A stretch of DNA of 63,350 bases, the filler included, from Octopus bimaculoides (lineage: Eukaryota), in NCBI RefSeq assembly GCF_001194135.2. It is 5 parts of 5 records of this genome, joined end to end, with 100 filler letters (N's around TTAATTAATTAA, not from the genome) between each part and the next. Parts side by side here need not be neighbours in the genome. Positions count along the whole stretch, not along the records: positions 1 to 20,961 come from NC_068982.1; positions 21,062 to 31,913 come from NC_068991.1; 3 more parts are not named here. The stretch is one strand, 5' to 3'. Positions 13,341 through 26,349 of this stretch are shown here, piece by piece (positions within the stretch are counted from its first letter, which is position 1; each line of letters starts with the position of its first letter). The notes below the pieces were generated by a model. That model worked only from the letters and a program-made list of their open reading frames with translations. It did not search any database and was not told where the DNA came from. A program made the position numbers and the translations under genes.

Positions 13341-16019
13341 TATATATACACGTGTGTGTGTGTCCCACTACTGCTTATCAACTGATGTTGATGTGTTTAC
13401 ATCCCGTAACTTTGCGATTCGGTAAAAGACACCGATAAAATAAGTAACAGGCTTCAAAAAATAAGCACTGGTGGTCGATTCGTACTATTAAAAATTCTTC
13501 AAGGTTGTTCTCCAGCATGGCTGCAGTTTAATGACTAACAAATAAAAGATAAGAAGATATGAATATTTATGTATTGAATGTCACATAATGTTTGTTTGAA
13601 ATTATGGGATGTCTGTCGTTACTTCTGGTTGTATTGCAATATACTTTCATTTTTCAAGAACAAGTTGATTTCCAACGAAATGCTACAATGAATTTAGTCT
13701 GTCATGAAAAGAGAGAGTTGCAGAAATATTATAGATGCAAATTATCTGGAAAGTCTGTTTTGTTCTTTCATTTCTTATCACTGAAAATTTTACGGTCCGA
13801 TGAAAGTAATGAAACCATAATTTTCTTTGATAACCCTATGTACAACCTATAGAACTATAATTTAATGTGTAGATTTTAGCCTTCAAATCAACTATCTGCA
13901 TAATAAAACACTCAACTCTTTAAACAGTTATTAATTCCACTTCCTTTTTATCTAAATGTTCAGGTTGGATAACAGACAAATTATCTAATCAAAATAATTA
14001 GCTGTTTAAATGTTTCATTCTTCATATTCCACTTTAAAACTTACTGATATGATGACAGACCACATGTGCTGAAATAACAAAATATCAAATATTAAACTGT
14101 TTCAAAAAGGAAAGGAAAAAGGAGGGAAAATCTTTTTCGTACAAATGACTTTGAAATTTTTGCATTGAGGTGCATATTACATCGTGTTGGTTGATTGCTA
14201 CCATTTGTTCAATCTGCCTGCTATATTTTCATTGGATCTAACTCTGTTTTAATTAATGGTGATTACGTTATTGTGCTTAAACACCTATTCTAGCATAATA
14301 AAGATGATATAGGTTCAAACAAATGATAAATGAGTGCCCGCTATAGCACGAAAATGAACACAACCTGCCAGTTGATTAATCCTTTAAGATTTCTCAGTTA
14401 TTTATTAATTCACTCTGGATTTACAATCTATGTTCATTAAAGCGTGCCATTTTGAAATCTGCGTCAGTGCTATTATTTATCATCCACTCCTTTCGGTAAA
14501 ACGTTTCTTTTTCTCCTCACCATCACTTTTTGTTTTTTTACATTAATCTTACAAGCAGCAGTGAAGTACTGTCAATTTCTTCTGAAGAGTTGAAAATTTA
14601 TTGAACCAAAGTATGAGAATCAATGTATTTCCATGTAGGAGAACACAAAAACTAAGTTCATAGTAATAAAAAAAAAAGCGAAGGTTCAGTTGGTATATCA
14701 GTTCGGAGCTTGTGTCTTTTAGTGGAAAGTGGGTTATACATCTTTAGATTGTATACCTGACTTTCTACTATAAAATTAAAGAAATAGACGGAACGCTGAA
14801 CTCCAGACTAAACAACTCAAACAACATTTATTTAGGTGGTAAACATACAAATCTTTAGTTATACATCTTTAGAGGTGAAGCTATCGAGTGTAAGACCGAA
14901 AGATGTAGGGACAGCTTTAAACACACGTCCATGCTCAATCGCTGGCCAGCGAGAAAGAGAATGAATTGAGCGGGAAACGCTTGCTTGTTTAATTCTACGC
15001 ATGCGTAAGACTGCGCAGGCGTTACTACAGTCTATTTATTGTGACTACTTAAAATACAAAACCTCATGGACCTCTTAAATTTTGAAAGGCCTACCTGCTC
15101 CTTGGCTCGAAAGCGGTCTTGTTCTGCAATATTTTTTTTTTCTGAGGCCCTGGTCGAGTCTATAAGATATTGGACAACCAGTCAGGTATTCACGTTTGTT
15201 TCCTATCTTCGCCACGCTTGTTTCCGTAGCCGAAGCACTTATTCCTCAAGTAATACAGTTCGCTGAACTGTAAATTGATAATCTCAAAGTACGAGCATTT
15301 TGCCACTATAAAACTGATGTATATTTTATTAACTTGAAGCGTTGAATTCTACTCCTCTTCTGTGTGTATTTCTTTGAGAGGGAGCGATGGATTCAGTCAG
15401 GTTGATTTGACCTTGTTACATCACACAAAACCGGATTCATTGCTTTGGTGCTGAAACTCAGCATTAGTTCCGCGTTGGAGTACATTCACTTCATTTACGT
15501 CACTAATACTCTTGGGAGAATTACGAACGTCCCAACTTACTACTTCCTGTTACAGAAACTTCTTCGGTTACATTCCTTATTAACAAAGAAAGAGATTATT
15601 TGATCTCAGATGTTGAAATATTTGCTCAAAGGCTTTTAATAAATGATGTAAACATTTTGATAGTTTGAGAAAAGATTTCGATGTCCGTCCGTCCGTCCAT
15701 CCACTCATCCACCCATCCATCCAACCAGCCATCCAGCCAGCCAGTTTTTTAGTGATCTTATTCGCACCATGTACCAAACTGCGAAAGAGATTTGCATGTA
15801 ATACTGCATAGTATTAATAATTGCTTCAAATTTTGGCACAAGGCTAACGGTTTTAGTGGGGAAAAGGTTAATCAATAACATCAATCACAGTACTTGACTG
15901 ACACTTTATTTTATTGATTCTGAAAGGATGAAAGGCGAAGCTGAACTCGATAAGATTTCAAGTCAGACCGCAAGGAATGTGTCTAAGCATTTTGTCCGAC
16001 ACGCTAACGATTCTGATTG

Positions 16020-16059
<40 letters not shown>

Positions 16060-16064
<5 letters not shown>

Positions 16065-16720
16065 CAAAATGAAACCATTGATCATATTGTCTCTATGTGC
16101 AGTCTTCTTGCGCCTACAGAGTATCTCAACAGGTATGATAGAGCAGCACAATATATTCACTGGGTAATTTGCAAAAACCTGGACCTTCCCCATGATAAAA
16201 ACAGGTGGGAACACAAACCACTTCCAGTGCTTGAAAACGATCACATCTCACTCCTTTGGAACTTTACCATTCAAACTGACAGAAAGATAGATGCGAATAG
16301 GCCAGACATTATATTGAAAGACTGCAGACAAAAATCATACTTCCACATTGATATGACTGTCCCAATTGACATAAATGTATTTGTTAACACCTACCAAAAA
16401 CTAAGCCAGTATAAAGGAATGATAGCAAAAGGGGTTGATTCCTACCTAGCTCAGATACCAGGAAACTCCAAAATGGCAGAAATTCAAAAGATAGTGTTCA
16501 TGGGAACTGCCCATATCCTACGTAAAATACTGTCTATGTAATCTCAAATTTTAAAACAAACTCATAATTTTCGTATATTTTCTTAAACAATCTCTAAAAC
16601 AATACTATGTGCAAAACCAAATATATGACACCCTAAGCATAACACCAACATGAACATCTAACTTGGGGTCTCTGGGTGAGACTTGGAGTCAACTTGTACA
16701 AATACAAAGCAAAAATCAAA
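16060..16720 (+). mobile_element. R4/Dong-like non-LTR 3' fragment (zinc knuckle and RLE), internally deleted
   Basis: ETIDHIVSMC...WNFTIQTDRKIDANRPDII..IDMTVP..EIQKIVFMGTAHILRKILSM*; flanked by (TAA)n on both sides. Confidence 0.85.
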
Positions 16721-16733
16721 CAAATAATAATAA

Positions 16734-16764
<31 letters not shown>

Positions 16765-16806
16765 AAGAGGAGTAGGAGGAGGAGCAAGCATTAAGAACCA
16801 GTTACA

Positions 16807-16860
16807 TTAGGGTTAGGGTTATGAGTATTTTGGTAAAAATAACCCTAACCCTAACCCTAA
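16807..16860. repeat. Short inverted telomere-type repeats
   Basis: TTAGGGTTAGGGTTA (16807-16821) and TAACCCTAACCCTAACCCTAA (16840-16860). Confidence 0.8.
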
Positions 16861-17970
16861 AACCCTTGGCGCCCGCCAAATCAGAAAGATCCCAAACAAT
16901 AATTAAAAGATATAATAAAACGCATAATTGGTTAAAACAAAATTTTATTTTTAGAAAGGACAAAACATTTACATGTAGGTGGGAAGCCTCCGTCTGCGCT
17001 GTTTAGAGTCCACATGGTGTTCAAGACTGAAAAATATTAGTGGTCAAATAGGGCCTACGTCATGCAGTTGGCTGACATGTAAAACTCCATTAAAATTATT
17101 GTTGCATTGAAGAGGCTCAAAAACATAGCATGCTCGACACAGCTATTAATTCTTCGTCAGAAAAATTTAAACAGTTCTGAAGTTTCCATTACACGTGATG
17201 ACTTTTAGATAATATGTAAAATACTTACAAAGTAAATATAAACTGAGATTATCATGTCATGGTTGGGAGAATAAGTTAAGGTTTCAAGATACTGATGAGA
17301 TTAACGAATGTGACCTTTGAACCGAACTAGATATTGGAAATTACTTCCTGGTGATGTAAAACTTCCGATAGAAGCCGTTAGATTCATCATCAGGAATAAA
17401 TAACAGGATGTTATGTCAAAAGTTTTTCGTATATTGAGCATGGTCAACTGCCTCCTTGATGTCAGAAAAATCCTGTCTTCTTTTTAGCTAACTAAGGATT
17501 TTGTCTTTGAGGCTCCTCGATTTCAGATTTCTAAACTCTTCGTTTGGAATATCGCTGTTATTTGTGTGAGATGGTGCAAGTGTATGTATATATGTTTTTT
17601 ATCTTTGAGTTTTATTTAAGTTCTTATTGAGAATTCAAGCTGCTCACAAAGAAAGGGACAAGACCTTTTGAATTAAAAGAGTTCCTGGTGTTTGTAAATA
17701 TGTGGTTGAGTTGGTGTGTTGTTTGAGCTGTCGATTCACACACGCAAGTGTGTGCATCTATTCACCTAAAGAATCTCAGATGGAGAATCTTTGGAATGTC
17801 TTACAAATCTTCACTGTACCACCAGCATCAGCTTATTTTGCTCTTTCTTCGAAAAACCCAATATTTCTAAGTTTTTATGTAAATTTGTTGGTACATAACC
17901 TAATGCACCTATAACGATACGTGCAAATGAGAATTTATAGTCAGGATACAAGAGCTATAAGTTCCGCATT

Positions 17971-18037
<67 letters not shown>

Positions 18038-18809
18038 GATGGATGCATGCATGCATGCATGCTTGTCATTCTTAGAAGAAGAGCAGAATCCATAACATTT
18101 TCCTAGGGTTTCAGGGAAGAAATGCTCCCCCACCCAAAAAAGATCCCACAGCTAATTGGTTATTCTCAGATCGATAACCTACTCCGAAAGCTAAAGGTTC
18201 CCAAGGGCTATATGGTTTTACTAAAGTGGACGAGGATTTGAATCTTCTACGAAAGAACTGGTACAGTCATCCAGTGGACTCCTACTTAGTTTCTGGCGAC
18301 CAAATTTTATTCTTTAAATGTAGGTTGATCCAAGTTGATGCACAGTGAGATCGCACCCGGAAACAAGTATTACAAGAATTTTTTTAACAACGCTACCATT
18401 TCTGGTACTGTACACACAGACACACACACACACACAAAGCTGTAAAGGAAAATATATTNNNNNNNNNNNNNNNNNNNNNNNNNNNNNNNNNNNNNNNNNN
18501 NNNNNNNNNNNNNNNNNNNNNNNNNNNNNNNNNNNNNNNNNNNNNNNNNNNNNNNNNNNNNNNNNNNNNNNNNNNNNNNNNNNNNNNNNNNNNNNNNNNN
18601 NNNNNNNNNNNNNNNNNNNNNNNNNNNNNNNNNNNNNNNNNNNNNNNNNNNNNNNNNNNNNNNNNNNNNNNNNNNNNNNNNNNNNNNNNNNNNNNNNNNN
18701 NNNNNNNNNNNNNNNNNNNNNNNNNNNNNNNNNNNNNNNNNNNNNNNNNNNNNNNNNNNNNNNNNNNNNNNNNNNNNNNNNNNNNNNNNNNNNNNNNNNN
18801 NNNNNNGTA

Positions 18810-19150
18810 AAAGGGCAAGACAAATGAAAAAATACTAAATAAAAACGATTAACCTACGTACCATGGTTTCACCTGTTAAAATTTACATAAGTAAATATCT
18901 GCAGGCTCATCAGCGTAGTCTGTCGATTTATAAAATATAATTTCCAGAACTAGGCACAAGACGTCCACCCGAAAGGGAGCACGTGTAGAGTTCTACAAAT
19001 TACATTCAGTGTATCCCTTCAAATGTCTTCAATTTGGCGCGCTAAGTCCGGAAATAACTCTGCAGTTAATAAATTTTTGCAGCTAATTTATTTTTCATGG
19101 TTAGATGATTCAGCATCTATTTCTAGCATATAGGAGTCCACTTTTGCTGG
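18810..19150 (-). mobile_element. Probable Penelope-like 3'/pLTR fragment hosting the hammerhead
   Basis: Inferred from the hammerhead and a decayed reading (...LLTAELFPDLARQIEDI*) loosely like a GIY-YIG C-terminus. Confidence 0.35.
18854..18918 (-). ncRNA. Type I hammerhead ribozyme, complete core
   Basis: Minus strand reads CTACG-CTGATGA-GCCTG-(26 nt with inner hairpin ATTTAC/GTAAAT)-CAGGT-GAAAC-CATG-GTA^CGTAG. Helix I CTACG/CGTAG, helix II GCCTG/CAGGT (G-U closing pair), palindromic helix III ACCATGGT, GUA cleavage triplet. Confidence 0.8.
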
Positions 19151-19179
19151 TGATTCCTCTTATTTTTGTATTATATATA

Positions 19180-19804
19180 TATATAGATATATGAGATTCT
19201 GCCCGTTTGTTTGTCCAAAATTATTGCAATGGTACAACACTAATTGTCCAAAAACTTACAAGGAACTGCATTGAGGCAAATATTCTCACTGGTTGTGGTA
19301 AAGGTGAGACCATCTTCATTCCTCGCATTCCAGTTATACCATCTAATGCCCCATTCCAATTTAAGCCGTTACAGTTTCCTATCCCACTTTCTTTTGCCAT
19401 GAGCATTAATAAAACTCTGGGCCAAACACCAAAAGTTGTTGGATTGCAACTTGAAGAGCAAACAAAAGTTCGTATATGAAATCCATCTTTTTTTCTACTT
19501 CAATTATTACATGTTTTTCCCTTGTACAAATACAGGACGAGTAAACCTAAATCTGTAGTCGTAGTCTCACCCTGGTTCAGATTCCAAACTGAATCTTTCA
19601 ATTCTCCTTGGGCATACCGCCTATTCAAATGTCAAAAGAAACCGTGACAAATGGGTCTTCCACTTCACCTGTGGCCTTCTCAGCGTCATCGCACAGTTAC
19701 CTGGATTCCGTAAAGCTATTCTTCCATATGATATACCCATTTTTCTAGCTTCTCGGCTCAAGAAACAATAAATGTAATTACCCGATCAATGACGGGTATT
19801 ACTG

Positions 19805-19808
<4 letters not shown>
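19180..19808 (+). mobile_element. Helitron fragment: Pif1-like helicase segment and 3' terminal hairpin
   Basis: CNGTTLIV..IEANILTG..FIPRIPVIPS..FQFKPLQFPIPLSFAMSINKTLGQT. Hairpin TACCCG/CGGGTA at 19779-19798, followed by a CTAT end. Confidence 0.85.
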
Positions 19809-19837
<29 letters not shown>

Positions 19838-19839
19838 TT

Positions 19840-20961
19840 ATAGAATAAAAATGTTAGGTTAACGACTCAACATATCACACTCCCTCAATGATCATACATA
19901 AGAACTACAACATAATCCACCAAACATAGGAATAAAAAGATATAAATACAGTATACTTAACAAATACAGTACCTATGGCCATTTCGGGGGTACACCACTG
20001 TAATCTAAACACAATAGAGTGCAAACTCGTCAGGAGAAAGACAAGGGTAGAATAAATAGGTATACGAAACTGAATAATACCCCTTCTCTCTTAGGGTAAG
20101 AAATTTACCCAGGATGTTCTTTAGGATCCTGGAGAATAACTTCCCCAAAGACCATAAATACTATAGTATTTGCAATAGATCTTCAATTAAGTTTTCCTAT
20201 TCTGGAATGCCTAATTTAGCATCGATTATTGCCTCTCTAAATAGAAGCAAATTAAATAAGCTAAAATAATATGAATATCCTTGCAATGGAAACCCCAGTT
20301 CTGATAAAACCAGTTATAAGTCACACAATAATAGTGGGACGTGCTCTTCATTCCCTCTGATTCTGCCGAAACCCGGGAATGAGAGGAGTGGAATCGTAGA
20401 TAAGGATAAACTAGCAAGGGCTGTTATTGGCGTTGGAAATAAATTTAGGGGTGGCCAAAGTAAATTCTGTAATTGTAGAGACCCTCTATTATGTCCTCTT
20501 GGCGGGCTCTGTCTATGTACAAACGTTGTATATAAATGCATTGTCAGAGACGAGGACAAACTAGCTAAGTTTTATATAGGAAGCACGATGGATTTTAAGG
20601 CTAGGTATAGAGCGCATATGAGTTCGTTTTCAAATGAAAAATACGTTAACTCTACTACACTCGCCTCTTATTTGCACGACCTCAAGAAGAATAAAAAGTA
20701 CTCTCTTGAATGGTCGATTATATCGAGAGCCCCCTACTTTAAGGCAAACATTAGTAAATGCTCATTGTGTATTAGGGAATCCCTTGCGTCCTTTGGACCA
20801 AAAACCTTAAATAAGTTTACTGAAGTAATCCCCTTCTGCAACCATAAGTTTTCCTCCACCTTCTTGAAACTATATAGAAATAAAAATAAATATAAAAACA
20901 ATAGATAGTAACAAGTATAATAGTTTACGTTAGGGTGATTTGAAACCTGGAAGATTGAGTT
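19840..20961 (+). mobile_element. Penelope-like element 3' part with GIY-YIG endonuclease
   Basis: FPKDHKYYSICNRSSIKFSYSGMPN, CNCRDPLLCPLGGLC..VVYKC...FYIGSTMDFKARYRAHMSSF...CSLCIRE. Cut off by the artificial join at 20962. Confidence 0.88.
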
Positions 20962-21061
20962 NNNNNNNNNNNNNNNNNNNNNNNNNNNNNNNNNNNNNNN
21001 NNNNNTTAATTAATTAANNNNNNNNNNNNNNNNNNNNNNNNNNNNNNNNNNNNNNNNNNNN
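20962..21061. other. Artificial scaffold join (44 N + TTAATTAATTAA + 44 N)
   Basis: Identical 100-bp spacer also at 31914-32013, 51420-51519 and 58947-59046. The 12-mer has stop codons in all six frames. Confidence 0.95.
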
Positions 21062-22037
21062 CGAGTTCAACGTAGAACTAACACACCGCTCTCACCGACT
21101 TCTACCGACTTCTACCGACTTCTCGTTTCAATCAATACGCTACTTTTTATAAGAGTTCGGCTAGCCATTCTTCCAATCCCCCAGGGGTGTCAATGACTCT
21201 CTCCACTACAGCATTCTTAAAATACCATATGATGCGCCTCCTGCCCTCAGTTGAATTAACAATATTGGAGATATCAGTCCATCTTGGGTAGAACTTCTCA
21301 CAGGGACATGCTTAACATTACACTAAGTATGATGTTATTGATTTTAAATTTTGACATCACGATGTTTAATAATATTTGTGGTCAGGTTTATATTGGATCC
21401 TGTAACAACCACTTTCTTGTCAAAGCTTCGGTTTCGTGATTGAGACATCAAAACTATCAAAACTCACTTTAATGTGAATATAATCACGTTTTCGTAAACA
21501 GTAACATTGTTTCTCTAGTTTTACAAACTATATTATTACCAATATGTCACGGCTGGTAGGATTCTTTTATTAACCAGTAACGTCTACACGTTTTTCAGAA
21601 GTTATGAAAAAGCTAATAATGAAGTAGAACATAAAGTAATGTATCTTCAGTAACATGTTTAAGGAAATTTCCCTCTATTTATGATTGATTTAAGAGAATT
21701 TCGACAGCCACATCTAGCAATCACAAGTCAAGCACGAGGGTTTTTTAGTACATTACTGTTGGCCCACATCCAGTAAAGTTGATGGGACATAATTTGTAAT
21801 GAAGTAGAGAATTCGTAATAACAAACAATAATAAGGATTCTTTTTAAGAGTGCAATGTCACAAATTAATAGGTGTGATCAATTAGTTGATCTTTGTTTTT
21901 CTTTTTTATTTTGCTTCAAAATCTATAGACATTGTATGTTGTCATTCTCTGATGTAAAGACAAGTCAACGTCAGGAAAATGTGAACTCAGATATGAGTAA
22001 ATACTAGATTGCATAGCATTTTGTACACTGTGTTTCT

Positions 22038-22082
<45 letters not shown>

Positions 22083-22499
22083 ATGCTCTCAAATATTAGT
22101 ACAAGGCCACAAAATTTAGTGGGAAAGGGTTAATCGATTACATCGACCCTAGAACGCAGTTGACTTATTTTATCGACTCCGAAAATATCAAAGGCAAATC
22201 AACCCCTGTGAAATTTAAACTCAGAACGTAAGGGGCCGGGTGAAATGCTGCGCTCGGCATTTTGAATAACATTCCTTTCTACTACTATAGGTGCACTGCC
22301 TGAAAATTTCGGTGAGTGAGCTAATCGATTACATCGAACTCAGTGTTCAACTGGTACTTATTTTATTGACACCCGAAACGATGACAGGCAAAGACTGCTT
22401 CGGCAGAATTGGAACGCGGAACATAAAGACAGACAAAACGGTGCTAAGCATTTTGCTCGGCGTGCTAACTATTCTGCCAGCTCACTGCCTTAATAATCT

Positions 22500-25400
22500 G
22501 TCCCATACACGACAACAGGTGTTCGACCTAAACCCACAAGTCAGCAATGCTCGGGCACTGGACGAGTGCATGCAGGACCGTCTCGTCGTCCTACGTGCAT
22601 CTCAGACATGCTCGTCTGACGGCACTTCCGTGCCTGTAAAGTTTATTTTGAACAGGCAAAGCTTCCGGTAGCACTGCCAGGCCAGAGATTTTTGGAAATT
22701 ATCCATCGGTCCCGGCCCGAAAGTCCTCCGGAAAAGAGCGACTAGCTGATCTTCTTCCATGCCCAAGATCTCCATAAGAACGTCATCGCACTTTTCCTCC
22801 ACTAATCTTCTATAAAAAGCTAAAGTGGATGTTCCACCTATCGCACAGTCCGATTGGCTGAGGGCTGTGAGCGCTTGAAGACATTCACTTTCCAAATGCT
22901 TCCCCTCGGTCTCTGTTTTACCCTGGACTGCAGCTCCGTTACAGAAACTAGCTGCGAAAATACGTGTTTGGCGAACAGCGATCACACTTGTTCACCATCA
23001 AGGAAGCTCTAGAGATGTCGTAGCCTCATCAACCACGGCATACCCACGCCCCCACGCAGCGAATGTTGACAGCAGATAGACTGCCTGACTATCGGAACAT
23101 ATCCCTTCCACAAGAAGCGGAAGAGTATACGCTCCAGCGTAATCAGACGGTGGCCAGGAGAAAGCACGATAGTCAGGCGATAGTAGATGACGGAAGCGAT
23201 ATACACGTTAGCCACCTCTGCTCGAAATTTTAGGGATAGTTTTCTCTCGGCCCATTTCTGGGTGAGAGTAGTCACTCTGTTCGTTACTTCGTCCCAGTTT
23301 TTGTCCATCTAGAGGTCCGGACCGAACCAGACCCTGAGCAATTTAACCGGTCTGTCCGTACAGCGCCCAACGACGCAGTTGGACGGCATGGACTTGCTTC
23401 TCCAAGTGCCAAGTCGCAAGCCCACTGATTTTTCCTGGTTAATTGTCGCTGCTGAAACCGCCTAGTACTCCCTGAGAGCGGTGCCGATGTGTTTATGATC
23501 CGACACCACTACGGTGACATCGTCGGCATATGCCGATATGCATTTTCCATGTTTAGGTCACGCGGGATGCCTCTCAACGCCTCCAGTTTGTGTAGTGGTG
23601 GCTCGAGAGTCAGTACGTACAATAGAGACGAGTGGGGATGACCTTGCCGGACCGATTTTCTGTGAGAATTGGGTTTTTAAATGTGTGTATATGTTTTGTG
23701 TTATTTGAATGATTTGTATGTGTGCAGGTAGGGAGAATGTGGGCGTGACAAAATCTTTTGATGTAATGTTTGTGCGTGTTATATATTTCATTAATTCATC
23801 GTTTTTTGAGTTTATTGCCATGTAGTTTGGAATGTTACAGTCTATAATTTGTGTTTATTGTTGTTGTGGTGGTGGTGATTGTGATTGTTGCTGTTGTTGT
23901 GGTAGTGGTAATGGTATTGGTGGTTGTGGTTGCGTGTGTGGAATGTCTTGTGTCTCAGGTGTTAGAGGTGGTGGTGTCGATGCAGTGTTTGTTTTGGACG
24001 TGTTTGTTTTTGTTTTGATTTTGTTCCTAGCTACTTCTTGTGTGGATGAGGACTGTTGTTGTTGTTGCTTGTCCATATGTTTATTTTTTTCTTCTGTCTC
24101 TTTTACGTCTTTTTTTTTTTTTTGTTTTTAACTGCCAGACTTCATCGCGGTTCGTCTCTCCAGCTATGATGTCCATCCGCTCTGCCCTGGGAAGTGAAAC
24201 ATCTTCGGGCGCCGAGAAGTGCTTGGGTGAACTCGGTGTCGGTATGGTTGTTGGTGTTGGTGGTACTACAGCTGAATCTGCTGATGGTGTTGGTGCTGCT
24301 GCTGTTGTTGCTGGAGTTCCGGTAGCCGTTGTTGGTGTTGAGAGGAGAGGTTCCCGTCTCTCCTTTTCGTTTTGTTTGACAGTCGGCTTTTAAATGCTTT
24401 TCATCTATCTACACTGACTGGAATTATGCTGCCTCCAGGAAGAAGGATCTGGTCTGGGATAAGATCCACATTCTTTTATGTTGTTTGAATGAGGACAGAC
24501 CAGCTCTCTTTTTTGGTCTTATATGCTTCGAGGATTTTCGAGTTTTCCTCGATGTCTATCATCACTGCCGCAATTAGCCAAGGAATGGCTATTTCTGGCG
24601 GCACCTGCTGAATTAATTTTGGTCAGTCTCTGACCGCAGTAGTAAAGAACTAGTAACATCTCGCTTTTGAGGGCATTCCTCGGTGTGGAATCGAACGTCC
24701 ACAGTTCCATAGGCCCCTCCTCTCTGTATATATTCCTTTAGATTCCAGACGGAATCTAAAGCTTGTATTCGAGCCTCTGTGGCTCTTTCCACCCTCCTTG
24801 ACTTTATCTCGATTGTACGATACGTCACTATGCGGTGTATCGTATCCTGGGTCGTCTCAGGTGGGGTATTCAATTTTACAGCTAGTCCATGTCTCTCCAC
24901 TAGCTGTCTAACATATTTAAGTTCTTCTTCGGAGAATCGTATTCTCTGAAGCGATGACTTGGCTACTCCAGCGAAAGAAAGCTTTGAATAGTTGTTCCAA
25001 GTCGTTGCACCGGTTTGTGTCTCAGCCCCTTCATTGTCTTTGTCATCGTTGTCGCTGCTGCCGTTGTTGGTTTTGTTGTTGCTTTTGTTATTGTTGTTGT
25101 TGTGGTTGTTGATGGTACTGCTGATGTTGTTGTTGTTCTTGCTGTTATTATTTGTAGTTAACTCATCCGCTGCCTCGCTCATGGAAGGTCTTTCATCACT
25201 TACATTTTCGAAATTAATGTTCCCACTTCGAATAATGTTGTTAAAAACAGAACCTTTGCTTTTCAAAAGATCTTCTGAGTGATCCTTCTTGAAAAAATTG
25301 GTTCCCTTGCCCTTTTTGTCCCTTTTTTCGAGAAAAATACAATTATCGTCTTCTTTGTATCTCAGACCGAAGTTGCCTCGCACGCATGCACTCTCTCTCT

Positions 25401-25600
25401 CATTGATGTTTCGTGACGCTCTTCACTTTCTCCTCCTCTGTCACATATGAGCGTCACCGTGTTTTGTGTTTTCTCCATGTTGGTGGGGAAAATGCATACA
25501 ACTTTGCTTAAAAAAAACAAAAAAAAAAACAATTGACCTGTCCCCCAAAACTGGGGGACAAAACAGGAAAATAAACTCACCACTCGACAGCAAATAACTT
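22500..25600 (-). mobile_element. Tx1/L1-like LINE: ORF1 plus RT C-terminal half, with a large internal deletion
   Basis: ORF1-like frames at 25383-23640 with poly-N, poly-Q and Pro/Thr tracts. SAYADDVTVVV at about 23500-23535; KWAERKLSLK..NVYIAS..FLWKG..GGVGMP. No endonuclease or early RT segments seen between ORF1 and YADD. Confidence 0.85.
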
Positions 25601-26058
25601 GTTCTTCACGATGGTATAAACTGAAGGGTATAAATAAAACTATTTTGGTTTTTTTCCTTATGAAATCTACGGAGTGAGGTCAAGCGTGGCTTGCCAGGTT
25701 GACGGCTATAATAATAATAATAATAATAATAATNNNNNNNNNNNNNNNNNNNNNNNNNNNNNNNNNNNNNNNNNNNNNNNNNNNNNNNNNNNNNNNNNNN
25801 NNNNNNNNNNNNNNNNNNNNNNNNNNNNNNNNNNNNNNNNNNNNNNNNNNNNNNNNNNNNNNNNNNNNNNNNNNNNNNNNNNNNNNNNNNNNNNNNNNNN
25901 NNNNNNNNNNNNNNNNNNNNNNNNNNNNNNNNNNNNNNNNNNNNNNNNNNNNNNNNNNNNNNNNNNNNNNNNNNNNNNNNNNNNNNNNNNNNNNNNNNNN
26001 NNNNNNNNNNNNNNNNNNNNNNNNNNNNNNNNNNNNNNNNNNNNNNNNNNNNNNNNNN

Positions 26059-26290
26059 ATAATAAAAAAATATTCAGACAAATACATAACAAAAACACCA
26101 GGACTTACAAATATATATAACATACAGAAAATTGCACTACTGGGCACTGCACACATCCTACGTAAAACACTTTCAATACAGTGACTATAAGAGCATCACA
26201 GCAAACCACAGCACATACCCAAGGCGCACAGAGCTGCGCTCGGTAGTGAAGTGAAAGCACGTTATAAAAATAAAACTACTGAACAATAAT
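26059..26290 (+). mobile_element. 3' end of a second R4/Dong-like family
   Basis: ...NIQKIALLGTAHILRKTLSIQ* plus 3' UTR, bounded by (AAT)n. Confidence 0.75.
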
Positions 26291-26349
26291 AATAATAATA
26301 ATATACAGTAATAATAATAATAATAATTAATAATAATGATAACAATAAT

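Noticed and set aside
21006-21017. TTAATTAATTAA palindrome as a biological motif
   Set aside because: Always centred in exactly 44+44 Ns; an assembly spacer.
21090-21135. Minus-strand GAAAC-GAGAA-GTC with 10-bp tandem repeats
   Set aside because: No CUGANGA upstream; the repeats are a short tandem expansion, not a CRISPR array or ribozyme.
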